Positions 17,571 to 28,113 of a DNA stretch of 64,000 nt are shown piece after piece. The translations under genes were made by a program, and so were the position numbers. Source of the stretch: Candidatus Latescibacterota bacterium (GTDB lineage: Bacteria > Latescibacterota > UBA2968 > UBA8231); contig OZ241867.1 of the NCBI GenBank assembly GCA_965203175.1, positions 3,136,001 to 3,200,000 of the forward strand, read 5' to 3'. The notes beneath the pieces were generated by a model, which saw only the letters and a program-made list of their open reading frames with translations, did no database searches and had not been told where the DNA came from. The first letter of the stretch is position 1, and the number at the start of each line of letters is the position of its first letter.

Positions 17571-19328
17571 GTGCGTAGACACAGAACCGTCTATGTCTTT
17601 TTGCTGGCGTCGCTGCTTTTGCATCTCACTGCGCTTTACCTAGGAGATCACCTGTGGCGCGACGAGCTGGATGCGGAGGCCTTCCGCGTGCGTCTGGCCC
17701 GCATCCCGCCGCAGTTCAAGCCCCCCCGCCCGATCCCCCTGCCCCGCTTGGACGTAGAGGCGTTGAAAGTGGAGATGGAGTATCTGCGGGCTGACCGGCC
17801 GGCCGTGGATATCCGCGACCCCAATCTAGAAAGCGAGACGACCCCGCCCGAGCTAGAGGCTCCGACGGCTCCGTTGGCGCTGCGCGAGTTGGCCGTGGGT
17901 GCGAAGGAAGAGGCGCCAATTTTAGAGCGCGAGAAGATGATCTCGCCCTCGTCGTTGGGGTTGGCCGACAGCATGGGCGAAGCCTCGATGGATCTGTTGC
18001 GGATAGAGGACATGGCTCGGGCTAACAAGGATCACGCCGCCATCATCCCCAGTCGGGCGACCCGCCGCGACTTGTCGGGCTACGTGAACTTCACCCAGTT
18101 GCGCGTCTATGGGGCCAGCTCGGGTCGCGGTGCGCTCGACGCCCTGAGCCGCTACGTGCGCGACCACACTCAGCTGCTGGCGCAGGTGCGGGACAAGACC
18201 TATGAGCTCTTCCTGTCGGAGCAACTGCTCAAGGATCCCATCCACTTCCTCTTTGAAGACACCTTGTCCGCCTACGACCCGAACGTCCTGACCAAGTTCA
18301 GTGCGGAAGAGAAGGCGCTTTTGGGCCGCTATCTGCGCGAGGGAGGGTTCCTGTTTATCGATGGCACCAACCGCTATTTGCGCGAAATGAAGGACCACCT
18401 GCGCGAGATTTTGGGGTCTGAAGCACGCTTGGCACCCGTCCCGACCTCGCATCTGCTATATCATTCCTTTTACGAGTTCGGCGGCGGCTTCCCCGGAGAG
18501 GATCGGTCGCGCAGCAGGTACGAGGAGGGCAACCGCTCTTGGTATTATCCAACCAACAATCGAAATGATCTGTTGGCCATACAGCAAGAACAAGCACCCG
18601 TTGTATCCGGGACCGAATCCGAGCAGGAAGCCGAGGTATTGCATCCATCAGAGGGGCTGTGGGGCGTCGAGCTAGACGGCGAATTGGTGGCCGTGTTGAG
18701 CGACTTGGGGTTCGAAGGAAAGTGGCGGGCCAGCTTCAATACTGAAGGCGAAGCCTCGGGGATTTCGACCTATGCGCTGATGGCGGGGACCAACATCTTG
18801 GTCTATGCGCTGACGCGCAAAAGCGGCATTACACCCCAACTGCCGCCGCCGACTTGGATGCCGGATCAAAGGCCTGTAGCCATGGTACAAGAGGCACCGC
18901 TAGCTGTTGACGTCGCCATTGCCGACGAGTTGCTGTTCGATGATCTAGACGCATGGCTGGCTTTGGTGTTGGCTCCGATCGGCAGCGAGATTACAGAAGA
19001 CATCACAGTGCGCTTGGACGGCCGCTACTCGCTCGAATTGCTCAAGCGCGGCTATCAGGGATTGATTTTCCACAATCTGTCCGCTGGCTCGCACTGGGTC
19101 GAACTGAGCTATGGCGGGCAGACCCAACAGGTGGAGGTCGATCTGAGGGGGGGCAAGGTCACCACGCTGACGTTCGCGCTCAATCGCTTTGCCTTTGTGG
19201 TTCGGCTGCGGGTGCAGGAGCAGGAGGAACGGGCAGATTGGCAGCGCTGGTCTGCGGCCTTTGCCGACTTGGAGGTCGAGGAGGTTTACTTGGCCGCAGA
19301 TCGCGATTGGTTGGAAGGCGGCCCGTAA
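17571..19328 (+). CDS. Membrane-anchored DUF4159-like protein, copy 2 (tandem paralog)
   Basis: Same length (585 aa) and near-identical termini to copy 1; repeat period 1827 bp. Confidence 0.8.
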   Translation: MRRHRTVYVFLLASLLLHLTALYLGDHLWRDELDAEAFRVRLARIPPQFKPPRPIPLPRLDVEALKVEMEYLRADRPAVDIRDPNLESETTPPELEAPTAPLALRELAVGAKEEAPILEREKMISPSSLGLADSMGEASMDLLRIEDMARANKDHAAIIPSRATRRDLSGYVNFTQLRVYGASSGRGALDALSRYVRDHTQLLAQVRDKTYELFLSEQLLKDPIHFLFEDTLSAYDPNVLTKFSAEEKALLGRYLREGGFLFIDGTNRYLREMKDHLREILGSEARLAPVPTSHLLYHSFYEFGGGFPGEDRSRSRYEEGNRSWYYPTNNRNDLLAIQQEQAPVVSGTESEQEAEVLHPSEGLWGVELDGELVAVLSDLGFEGKWRASFNTEGEASGISTYALMAGTNILVYALTRKSGITPQLPPPTWMPDQRPVAMVQEAPLAVDVAIADELLFDDLDAWLALVLAPIGSEITEDITVRLDGRYSLELLKRGYQGLIFHNLSAGSHWVELSYGGQTQQVEVDLRGGKVTTLTFALNRFAFVVRLRVQEQEERADWQRWSAAFADLEVEEVYLAADRDWLEGGP

Positions 19329-19333
19329 AACTG

Positions 19334-20122
19334 CTACATATCGCGCAAGAGCACGATAAACAATCCCATGTCTTCCTGTTCGTCACCGCCCTGCAAATCC
19401 ACGCTGATCCCTGCGTTCAGCACCATGCCATCGCCGAGGCCAATGTCGAGATTCGGCTCTAAGCGGACGCTGAGGTCGCCCTCTAAGTCGGAGGTGTTGG
19501 ACGCGATGAGCAAGTCGAGGTACGCGCTTAATTTTTCGTTGAATACCACTGCCGGTTCGAGCAGGAGGTTGCCTACTACGCCTTTGCCTTCGTAGGCATG
19601 GGTGTAGCCTTTTAGCGCGGCGACCTGTAGATGGCTGTTGAGGCGAAAGGCGGTGCCAACTCGCACGGTCTGCATGAGACCGACGGCCAAGCCGGGATTG
19701 TCGATGTCTCCGGCGGGCAGCACAACGTTAGCGGTTGCCGCGCGGTTGATGCCTAGTTGGTACTTGCTGCCGACTACGAGCGACGAAAAGTTGGAACTCC
19801 CGTCCTTGAAAAAGCCAAAGGTGAGATGCGCGCCCACTTCAACGCGAGCGTGAGGATTGAATTTGGCCATGGCCACGATATTGCTCACGTCCTTGAGCTC
19901 TTTGAACGTGGAGGGAGAGGTGCGGATGCCAATATCGACGCTAGTGTAGCCTAGGCCGCCCGGCAGGACGTAGTAGGGGTCGTAGCTAAGGGGAGCATGG
20001 ATGGCAGGGGCCTCGGCCGCAAGCGCGACCACTTCTTCTGCTGGAGCGTCGTCTTCGGGTTGAGCATGGACGGCAGTGCCCACTAGCGCGAGCATGCCGA
20101 TCAGTACGCAAAGCAGGTGCAT
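19334..20122 (-). CDS. Secreted hypothetical protein, probable outer-membrane beta-barrel
   Basis: Signal peptide ending AVHA and alternating beta-strand pattern. Confidence 0.65.
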   Translation of the reverse strand: MHLLCVLIGMLALVGTAVHAQPEDDAPAEEVVALAAEAPAIHAPLSYDPYYVLPGGLGYTSVDIGIRTSPSTFKELKDVSNIVAMAKFNPHARVEVGAHLTFGFFKDGSSNFSSLVVGSKYQLGINRAATANVVLPAGDIDNPGLAVGLMQTVRVGTAFRLNSHLQVAALKGYTHAYEGKGVVGNLLLEPAVVFNEKLSAYLDLLIASNTSDLEGDLSVRLEPNLDIGLGDGMVLNAGISVDLQGGDEQEDMGLFIVLLRDM

Positions 20123-20149
20123 GAGATCTCCTAAAATTGTGAGGGGTGT

Positions 20150-21100
20150 TCAAAAGCCGCAGCGCTTGCAGGCGCGGAAGAAAGGCTCGGCCATGGCGTA
20201 GGCACCGCGAAAGACCATGTCGCTGGTGAGGGGATGCACGCAGATCAGGCGCGCTCCGTTGTCGATGGCCTCGACCATGCCGTCTTCGATGTCTCGGGGA
20301 TCTTCCATGGCGCCGTGACCGACGACGCGGCCGGTGTGGACGCCGCGCTCGGCCGCGGCGCGGAAGAGAGCATTGACTGCGTCGTTGACTTCGGGGAGGT
20401 CGCCCTCGCGCAAGATGGCGTCGAAGGGGCCGACAAACCCGCAGGCCTTGTTGCGCCCTTGGTCAGCCATTAGGTCGAGGACGCGGTCGCGGGTTTCGAT
20501 GTCGATGATGTATTCCTTGGTCTCAAACTGGATCCAGCCTTGGGTCTCGGTCTCGGTGCCGCGCAGTTCGTGGGGAGTGAACATCATGGTTCGCTCGCCG
20601 TTGCGGACTGGATACCCGCCGCGGTCATCTGGGGTGGCTTGGCCGGGGACGGGGAAGTTGATGGCGCGGAAGTAGCGTTCGGCTTCCTCGTAGGTGGTGC
20701 CATAGGGGCGCATCGTCGCTCGCGCCCCGAGTTGGAAGGCGTCGCCGTGTTCGGAGCGGGCCTCGCGAGCTAAGCGCTGGACCGGCAGAATGCCGTAGCG
20801 CGAGAGGACGGCGTTTTGCTCGCGGCCGTACCAGCCTTCCCACTGGCTATGCTCGGCGTCGTTGACTATCCACGACCAGCCGGCCTTGGCCCAGGCATGG
20901 ACCTCGGCGTCGCGCAGTTTGTGCCACGGCACGTCGTTGAAGCCGCCCAGCAGGGGTGGGGTTTTGGCTACCGACTCGCACTGGTCGAGGGTTTCCTTGA
21001 GCGGGTTGCGGGCGGGATTGAGGGCATAATTGTACGCGCGGCGGGCGAACTCCTCGGCTTTGAGGGGCCGACTGCCGCCGATGGCTGCAATGGCGTCCAC
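20150..21100 (-). CDS. HpcH/HpaI aldolase-family protein
   Basis: WIVNDAEHS, WIQFET, FVGPFD motifs. Confidence 0.75.
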   Translation of the reverse strand: MDAIAAIGGSRPLKAEEFARRAYNYALNPARNPLKETLDQCESVAKTPPLLGGFNDVPWHKLRDAEVHAWAKAGWSWIVNDAEHSQWEGWYGREQNAVLSRYGILPVQRLAREARSEHGDAFQLGARATMRPYGTTYEEAERYFRAINFPVPGQATPDDRGGYPVRNGERTMMFTPHELRGTETETQGWIQFETKEYIIDIETRDRVLDLMADQGRNKACGFVGPFDAILREGDLPEVNDAVNALFRAAAERGVHTGRVVGHGAMEDPRDIEDGMVEAIDNGARLICVHPLTSDMVFRGAYAMAEPFFRACKRCGF

Positions 21101-21174
21101 TTAGGTATCTCCTTGTTTCTCGTTTCGGTCAGATTCTATATCAAATATAAAGAGCAGGATGCAATGCAGGCGTC

Positions 21175-22485
21175 CTAGCCGGCTGGGAGCATACCGGCCA
21201 GCAGCGTCGCTAGGCCCAAAAACGAAAGGAAGCCCACTACGTCGGTCGCGGTTGTGAGAATGATCGAGGCCGCGGTCGCGGGATCGTGGCCCAGTTTGGA
21301 TAGCACGATCGGGATGGCCGCGCCGGCTATGGATGCGAGTATCATGGACGCCAACATGGCGAACAGCATGACGAGGGCCAGCCCTAGGCTCTGGCTCCAG
21401 ACGAAGACGCCGATCGCAGTCACAACGGCAATGGCCAGTCCGTTGCAAAAGCCGATTACTAGCTCTTTGGCGAGGACGCGGGCCGCGTGCGAAGTGCGGA
21501 TTTCGCGCAGCGTGAGCCCCCGCATGGTCACGGCGAGGGCCTGCGCGCCGGTGTTGCCCGACTGACCTGCGACTACAGGCAGCAGGATCGCAAGCGCGGT
21601 AAACTTGGCAATAGTGTCCTCGAAGATACCGACGACCGCAGCCGCCAGAAAGGCGGTTACGAGGTTGATGTTGAGCCAGGGCAGCCGACTGCGAATGCCC
21701 ACCCACGGTTTGGACAGAGCGCGCTCTTCGGCGGATGCCCCGACCATTTCTTGGACACCGGCCGCTAGATTTTGCTGCGCTGCACTCACGAGGCCGTCGT
21801 GGCGAATGACGCCGATGACTTGTCCAGCGAAATCGACCACCGGCAGGCTGGTGAGGCGGTAGGTGTTGAGGAGCTCGACGACCTCATCCCTCGGCGTCAT
21901 GGGCTGCACTTGCAAGGCCGCGCCATCGCGGAGCTCGCCGAGTAATAATTCTGGGTCAGCGGCGACCACGTCCGGCAACCGCACCACGCCCGCGTAGCGA
22001 TCGCTTGCGTCGCGCAGCACGAGATCCGTGGCGCGGCGATTGCCTAGCTGGCGGACCCGCTCTAACGCGGCGGCTACCGTGCAATCCACCGCAAAGGTGC
22101 TGACCTGAGCGTCCATCAGGGATCCTGCCGTGCCTAGGGGATAGGAGAGAATTTCTTGGATTTCTCGGCCGCGCTCTGAGCCTGCCAGTCCGAGGATCCG
22201 CGTGCGCTCCGACTCGTCGAGGTGCGCGAACAGTCGTGCGATAAAGGCCGGGTCGAGTTGGTTGAGGAGGGGATCTAGGGCAGCGTCGTCCAAGCGCGCC
22301 AAGATGCGTGCGCCACTATGTAGCTCCATCCGCTGCAAGACTTTTGCCGCGCTCGCAGCGTCCTCGCGCTGCAACACGCCGACGGCCTCGTCCGCACCGG
22401 CGTCGTCTAGCTGGCGCGCCACTTCCTCGGGATGGAGTTCGACGAACCGCTGGATGAGCACTTGGTGCGGGGTTAGCTGTCTCAT
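21175..22485 (-). CDS. mgtE: Magnesium transporter MgtE
   Basis: N-domain and CBS pair; SRLPWL, GQSGNTGAQ, DPA...TTATDVVG. Confidence 0.92.
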   Translation of the reverse strand: MRQLTPHQVLIQRFVELHPEEVARQLDDAGADEAVGVLQREDAASAAKVLQRMELHSGARILARLDDAALDPLLNQLDPAFIARLFAHLDESERTRILGLAGSERGREIQEILSYPLGTAGSLMDAQVSTFAVDCTVAAALERVRQLGNRRATDLVLRDASDRYAGVVRLPDVVAADPELLLGELRDGAALQVQPMTPRDEVVELLNTYRLTSLPVVDFAGQVIGVIRHDGLVSAAQQNLAAGVQEMVGASAEERALSKPWVGIRSRLPWLNINLVTAFLAAAVVGIFEDTIAKFTALAILLPVVAGQSGNTGAQALAVTMRGLTLREIRTSHAARVLAKELVIGFCNGLAIAVVTAIGVFVWSQSLGLALVMLFAMLASMILASIAGAAIPIVLSKLGHDPATAASIILTTATDVVGFLSFLGLATLLAGMLPAG

Positions 22486-23351
22486 CGCGACTCCTGCTCG
22501 CCCGAGCTAGCTGCGGCCTTGGAGGTTGGCGATTGGAACAGGCTGCGCAGGCCGAGACCAAACAATCCACGCAGGCCGAGACCAAATACTTCGCCGAGGG
22601 CCAAGGCCGTTTGCAATCCACTATCTATCAGCGCGTCACTCGCTTGGCGTTGCTCCAAATCGCGTGCGGTTTTGTAGCGGATGGTACCGACGAATCGGTC
22701 GTCCTCATCCACCACGGGCAGCGCGTGGACACTTCCCCATGCTGGGTGCCCCACCACGGTTTGCCAAGTGGCGCTAGCGGCAATGGACGCGACATTGGGT
22801 GTGCAGACTGAGGTGAGCAATGCATCGGACCGCGCGCTCATTAACTCTCGCATGTTGACGACGCCAACGAGTCGCTGATTATCAGCTACCACGTAGAGGT
22901 AGTAGAGGGCGTGCTCGGGATTGCGCTGGACCCGCTCGAGCACTTGGCGCACAGTCTCATGCTCGAATGCAGTGGGCACTGCCGGGTCCATGAGTGCGCC
23001 GGCCGTATCTTCGGCGTAGATGAGCAGGTTCGAAATCTCCGCTTGGAGGCGCGAGGGAAAGCAAGCGATGACTGCGGCTTGGCGCTTGCTCGGAGTCGTG
23101 CGCAAGATGGATGCAGCGATATCCGGGTGCACGGCAATGAGTATGGCGGCAGCTTCTTCGACGGATAGCTGCTCTAGGGCGAGGGCTGCAGAAAGCGATG
23201 GTAGATAGTGCAAAAGGCCTGCCGCAACTGCTGGCGCTAGATCGCCGAGTACCAGTGCTGCTTCTCGGTGCGACATGGACGCTAGGGCGGACGCGACTTC
23301 CGCCGGATGATCGGTTGCAAATTGCGCGAGGAGTTGTTGTTCAAGATTCAC
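22482..23351 (-). CDS. MgtE intracellular N-domain plus CBS protein
   Basis: YAEDTAGALMD, YYLYVV, LPVVD; probable GTG start overlapping the upstream gene. Confidence 0.8.
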   Translation of the reverse strand: MNLEQQLLAQFATDHPAEVASALASMSHREAALVLGDLAPAVAAGLLHYLPSLSAALALEQLSVEEAAAILIAVHPDIAASILRTTPSKRQAAVIACFPSRLQAEISNLLIYAEDTAGALMDPAVPTAFEHETVRQVLERVQRNPEHALYYLYVVADNQRLVGVVNMRELMSARSDALLTSVCTPNVASIAASATWQTVVGHPAWGSVHALPVVDEDDRFVGTIRYKTARDLEQRQASDALIDSGLQTALALGEVFGLGLRGLFGLGLRSLFQSPTSKAAASSGEQESR

Positions 23352-24177
23352 CGGACTCTCCCTTGCTGATGCGGAGGCAGCGTTCCTCGAAAAACTGCTG
23401 GCCAGGGATACCCAACTCGCCCTCGGCGTGCTCGACAAAAACCGTGGTGGAGGTCGTCCGCACGATGCGCCCGTTGTCGTCGCCGAGGCGAATGCGTTGA
23501 CCCACGTCGTAGGACTTGTTGACGTAGTGCATGGCGAGAATGTTGGCGATAACGCTGCGGGAGCCCAGCCCAAATGCAAAGGCCGCGCCAGCGAGGAGTG
23601 CGGCGAGTACGATCAAGAAGATGTTCGTCAGCAGCGATACGTCCACGCCTAGTTGCTTGATCGCCACGAGAATGGCCGCGCCGATGATAATCCCCTGGAC
23701 GAGGCGGGCCAACTGCTGCCCCTGATGCGGCAGCAAGCGAAAGGCCGTGCTCATTGCCGCATTGCTGACGAGGCGACCGCCGACGACGCCGACGAATAAG
23801 ACTGCGACCGCTGCGATGACCCTGGGCAGGTAGTGTGCTAGAGCGGCCAGGTAGGTGGTCAAAACCGGGAGGCCGACGACTTCACTCGCCACCGTGATCG
23901 CAACCAATAAGACGAGCCAGTAGATGCTGCTCGAGACGATGCGTCCGAGTCCCTTATCGGCCAAAATCTGCTGCCAAGCGGCCGTGGTTGTTCCCACGGA
24001 AATCCGCTTGGAAAAACGCTCGACCACTCGGCGCACGAGCGCGCGGAGCGACCACGCCACGAGCCACCCAACGAATAGGACAAATAGGGCGACGACCAAC
24101 TTGGGCAGCACGTGAAAGAAGCTCTCTTTAATGGAACCAAGGACGGCGAGCATCTCAGCGGCTGGGCTGGGCTCCAT
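23341..24177 (-). CDS. Small-conductance mechanosensitive channel-like (TM-helix repeat) protein
   Basis: LPKLVVA / YLPRVIAA TM repeats; FAFGLGSRSVIANILA. Confidence 0.82.
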   Translation of the reverse strand: MEPSPAAEMLAVLGSIKESFFHVLPKLVVALFVLFVGWLVAWSLRALVRRVVERFSKRISVGTTTAAWQQILADKGLGRIVSSSIYWLVLLVAITVASEVVGLPVLTTYLAALAHYLPRVIAAVAVLFVGVVGGRLVSNAAMSTAFRLLPHQGQQLARLVQGIIIGAAILVAIKQLGVDVSLLTNIFLIVLAALLAGAAFAFGLGSRSVIANILAMHYVNKSYDVGQRIRLGDDNGRIVRTTSTTVFVEHAEGELGIPGQQFFEERCLRISKGESGES

Positions 24178-24190
24178 AGGACTCCTCCAG

Positions 24191-24919
24191 TTACTTTTTT
24201 TGTCTAATCACCATTAAGACGATGGCCAGCCAATAGAGGTTCTGCACAATGGCGAAATAATAGACGACCCCCATGAGCTGGTCAAACACCGCGCCCAAGG
24301 CAAAAACCATCAAATAGACGTCGATGCCGCTGCGCAGATAGTTGCGCAATTTTAGCGGTGGAATGCGCACGAAGTTGGCCAAGCGGCCAAGCAGGCCGCG
24401 GCTCGCGGACTCCGCTAACTGCCCCTTGCCAAAGGCCGTGGCATTCATCAGGGTGGCGATGTGAGTCATGGCCAGCGAAGCGAAGACGACAAATGAGTAG
24501 AGGTAGGCATGCGGATCGCCGCTTTGGCGCTCTAACGCGTGTCCCAACGCGAGACAGAGCGCCAGTTCGGCGATGCGGTCGAACAGGGCGTCGAGCCAGG
24601 CGCCAAACGGCGAACTGAGGCCGCGCAAACGGGCGAGTTCGCCGTCGCAGCAATCGAGCGTAAAGGATAGTTGGATGAGGAGGCCGGCTCCGATGAGGGC
24701 CACGCGCTCGCCCGTGGAGAGCAAGTATGCACCGGGCAGGATGACGAGAAAAGACAGAAAGGTCACTTGGTTGGGGCTGAGGGGAGTGCGGACCAACAGG
24801 CGGGTGAGTAGGGTGGAGAGGCGGCGGTTGAACAGGACTTCGACTAGCCCCATGATCTCGGGCTTGCTGGCTTTGAAGTCCTCAGCCGTGTACGGGGGTT
24901 TGCGCACCGGTGTTCCCAT
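24191..24919 (-). CDS. CDP-alcohol phosphatidyltransferase family protein
   Basis: SPNQVT and LDCCDGELAR...GAWLDALFDR signature. Confidence 0.9.
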   Translation of the reverse strand: MGTPVRKPPYTAEDFKASKPEIMGLVEVLFNRRLSTLLTRLLVRTPLSPNQVTFLSFLVILPGAYLLSTGERVALIGAGLLIQLSFTLDCCDGELARLRGLSSPFGAWLDALFDRIAELALCLALGHALERQSGDPHAYLYSFVVFASLAMTHIATLMNATAFGKGQLAESASRGLLGRLANFVRIPPLKLRNYLRSGIDVYLMVFALGAVFDQLMGVVYYFAIVQNLYWLAIVLMVIRQKK

Positions 24920-25008
24920 CCTGCACCACAAAGTAACGGCAGGGCTAGAGCGCGGCAATGGGCCGCGGCGCGGTTGCCGCCGTTGGGGCCAGCGGCTATT
25001 TTGCGGCC

Positions 25009-26952
25009 ATGCACGAAGAGCGAACTGGCTTGGAGGTGACGCGGCGCGCCCTAATATTGGGCGCGGGGGCGGCTCTCTTCTTGAATCTGGCTTGTCCCTA
25101 CTCGGTACTCGTCCTGCAAAATGCCGGCCTGACCTCGGATTACATTGCGGCCGGCGCGATGATGGTCTTCCTGCTGCTGGTGGGCTTGATCAACCCCTTG
25201 TTAAAGGTCGCGTTTCGAGCGTGGGCACTGCGCACGAGCGAGTTGGTGGTTGTGTACGCGATGATGGTCGTGGCGTCGGCGATTCCCACTTGGGGATTGG
25301 TAACCAACCTGTGCCACATCCTCACCCGTCCCTTCTACTACGCCACGCCAGAAAACCGCTGGGCCGAGCTGATCCAACCGCTGATTCCCTCTTGGCTCGC
25401 GCCGCACGAAGCCGAGGTAGCGCGCTTCTTTTACGAGGGGCTGCCCGTGGGGATGAGTATCCCGTGGGGCGCTTGGCTGGTGCCGCTTATGGCTTGGGGC
25501 AGCGCGATGGTGGCGGTTTACTTGCTGATGATCGCCACTATGGTCGTCTTTCGGCGGCCTTGGGTCGAACAGGAGCGGCTGGTCTTCCCGCTGGCGCAGG
25601 TTCCTTTGGAGATGCTGCGCGGCAACGACGAGGGCATTTTTCCGCAGTTGTTTCGCAATCCGCTGATGTGGGTCGGGTTTTCGTTGCCCTTTGCCATTCA
25701 AGTGCTGGACGGGCTGAACCACTACTTCTTTTACGTGCCCGAAGTGCGGCTGGTGTTCGACCCGCTGATGCTGTTCCGCGACAGCGTGCGGCTGCATATC
25801 TTCGTCAATTTTGCCATCATTGGCGTGGCGTATTTCCTCAATCTCAACGTGGCCTTCTCGGTGTGGTTTTTCCACTTGTTGAGCCGCTGCCAGACCGGGG
25901 TTTTCAACGTCATTGGCTTTCAGATCAAGGGGCACAACGAAGCGCTGACGGGTTCTTCGATAGCCCTGTCGCACCAGGGGATGGGGGCGATGCTGGTGCT
26001 GGTGGCGGCGATTTTGTGGACGGCGCGGCACCACTTGCGCCAAGTGTTCAGCGCGGCGTTTAGGCGCGGCGTCCAGGCCGACGACGGCGACGAGATTCTC
26101 TCGTACCGGGCGGCTGTGTGGCTGTGGATTGCCTGTGCGGCCTACTTCCTCGGTTGGCTGCTGCTGAGCGGGGTGCCGGTGGTGGCGGCGGTGGTGTTTT
26201 TCTGCGGGGCGTTTGCCATTTTCCTAGCCATTGCGCGGGTCATCGCCCAAGGTGGCGTGGGTTTTACTTCTTCGACCATGCTGCCGCAGCCCTTTGCGGT
26301 CTATACGTTGGGCACGGACGCCATTGGCTGGAAGGGGCTGGCGTCGATTAGCCTGAGCTATTCTTGGGCCGCTGAAATGCGCACCACGGTCATGGCTTCC
26401 ACGGCCAACGCGCTCAAGCTAGCGCACGGGCACGGCGCGCAGCACCGCCGCCTGTTCTGGGGGCTGGTCATCGCGGTTGTCGTCGGCATGATGGGGGCCT
26501 GCTGGATCACGCTCTATTTGAACTACACGCACGGCGGGATCAACCTGCGCCAGTTCGGGGTGCCGACGCTGGCCTATCGATTTTTAGAGGACAAGATTCA
26601 CAATCCCGTCGGCTGGGATCACATCCGCCCGCGGCTGCTGTTTACGGGCGTGGGCGCGGCCTTGATGGGCGGGCTGATTTACATGCAGCACCACTTTCCG
26701 TGGTGGCCGCTGCACTACATCGGCCTGCCGGTAAGCGACAGTTGGGTTATGGGCGTGGCGTGGTTTTCGGTGTTTTTGGGCTGGTTGTGCAAGGCCGTGA
26801 TATTCAAATTCACGGGCACGCGCGGCTACCTCACGTACAAGCCGCTCTTCGCCGGGCTGATCGCCGGGCAGCTCTTGGGGGCAGCCATGTGGATGGTGAT
26901 CGACTTTTGTCTCGGGGAGGTGGGGAATGTGGTGTACGTGGGGGTGCGCTAG
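25009..26952 (+). CDS. DUF6785/DUF6784-like polytopic membrane protein
   Basis: WVEQERLVFPL and WWPLH motifs, many TM helices. Start could be 24958. Confidence 0.75.
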   Translation: MHEERTGLEVTRRALILGAGAALFLNLACPYSVLVLQNAGLTSDYIAAGAMMVFLLLVGLINPLLKVAFRAWALRTSELVVVYAMMVVASAIPTWGLVTNLCHILTRPFYYATPENRWAELIQPLIPSWLAPHEAEVARFFYEGLPVGMSIPWGAWLVPLMAWGSAMVAVYLLMIATMVVFRRPWVEQERLVFPLAQVPLEMLRGNDEGIFPQLFRNPLMWVGFSLPFAIQVLDGLNHYFFYVPEVRLVFDPLMLFRDSVRLHIFVNFAIIGVAYFLNLNVAFSVWFFHLLSRCQTGVFNVIGFQIKGHNEALTGSSIALSHQGMGAMLVLVAAILWTARHHLRQVFSAAFRRGVQADDGDEILSYRAAVWLWIACAAYFLGWLLLSGVPVVAAVVFFCGAFAIFLAIARVIAQGGVGFTSSTMLPQPFAVYTLGTDAIGWKGLASISLSYSWAAEMRTTVMASTANALKLAHGHGAQHRRLFWGLVIAVVVGMMGACWITLYLNYTHGGINLRQFGVPTLAYRFLEDKIHNPVGWDHIRPRLLFTGVGAALMGGLIYMQHHFPWWPLHYIGLPVSDSWVMGVAWFSVFLGWLCKAVIFKFTGTRGYLTYKPLFAGLIAGQLLGAAMWMVIDFCLGEVGNVVYVGVR

Positions 26953-27009
26953 GGGCAGGATTTTCACAACAGGCGTCCACACGCGACGCCGACACAAGGA
27001 GGAATAGAC

Positions 27010-28113
27010 ATGAGCGACAAGATGTATCGAGCAGCGGCCATAGGCCGGACCGGACGGGGCAATTGGGGACACGGACTGCACTCGGGTTTGAAGAACCATC
27101 CGCGCGTCGAGGTGGTGGCCGTCGCCGATGAGGACGCTGAGGAACGGCAGGTTAAGCAGGAGGAATTGGCTGCTCCCCGCGCGTACGCCGATTGGCGCGA
27201 GATGCTAGAGGCCGAGCAGCCGGAAGTGGTGACGGTTGGGCCGCGCTGGACTGATTGCCACTTGGAGATGGTGTTGGCCTGTTTGGAGGTGGGGGCGCAC
27301 GTGTACTGCGAAAAGCCCATGACGTGGAACTTGGCTGAGGGCGATCAAATTGTGGCTAAGGCCGAGGCGACCGGGCGCAAGGTCGCAGTGGCGCATCAGG
27401 GAGCGTATATGCCGCGCATTCGGCACGTCAAGGAGGTGTTGGCGCAGGGGCGGGTCGGCGCGGTGCAGGCCATTCGCGCCCACGGCAAACAGGATCGGCG
27501 CGGCGGTGGTGAGGATATGATCGTGTTGGGGACGCATCTGTTCAACATGATGCGCCTGTTTGTCGGCGATGTGGCGTGGATGACGGCGCACATTGAGCAC
27601 GAAGGCCGCGCGCTAACAGTCGAAGACGTGCGGGAGGCGACCGAGCCGGTGGGGCCGATCGCTGGCGATTACATCAATAGCTACTTCGCCTTTAAGAGCG
27701 GGGTGGCCGGCTTTTTTGATTCGCGGAAATACGTCGAGAGTGGGGGTGCGCGGATGGGCATGGAGATTGAGGGTAGCGAGGGCGTGATTGCGCTGCGCGG
27801 CGGCGGCAGTGGTCCGGCCATGCTCTATCCGCATCCGGTGTTTGATCCAACCGATGCGAGTCAACAATGGGTCCCCTTGGACGAGGTGGCGGACGAAGCG
27901 CTGAGCACGGGCAACGATTTGGCGGTCGCCGATTTGATCGACGCGGCCGAAGCCGACCGCGAGCCGCTGTCGAGCGCGCGCGACGCAGTAGCGGCCTTGG
28001 AGATGATCTTGGGGGCTTACGAGGCGGAGATTACTGGGGGGCGGGTGGAGTTTCCCATGCAGCGGCGGGAGCATCCGTTGGTCGCTTGGCGGGAGGGGCG
28101 ATATGGAAGCTAG
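27010..28113 (+). CDS. Gfo/Idh/MocA oxidoreductase
   Basis: HVYCEKPM and GTH motifs; RBS AGGAGG. Confidence 0.9.
   Translation: MSDKMYRAAAIGRTGRGNWGHGLHSGLKNHPRVEVVAVADEDAEERQVKQEELAAPRAYADWREMLEAEQPEVVTVGPRWTDCHLEMVLACLEVGAHVYCEKPMTWNLAEGDQIVAKAEATGRKVAVAHQGAYMPRIRHVKEVLAQGRVGAVQAIRAHGKQDRRGGGEDMIVLGTHLFNMMRLFVGDVAWMTAHIEHEGRALTVEDVREATEPVGPIAGDYINSYFAFKSGVAGFFDSRKYVESGGARMGMEIEGSEGVIALRGGGSGPAMLYPHPVFDPTDASQQWVPLDEVADEALSTGNDLAVADLIDAAEADREPLSSARDAVAALEMILGAYEAEITGGRVEFPMQRREHPLVAWREGRYGS

Noticed and set aside
15744-19328. Diversity-generating retroelement explanation for the variable paralogs
   Set aside because: No reverse transcriptase in the window; differences include indels and are not adenine-specific.
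24573-26063. 496-aa alternative-frame ORF, and many similar Arg/Gly/Ala-rich ORFs
   Set aside because: They overlap well-supported genes and are typical high-GC frame artefacts.
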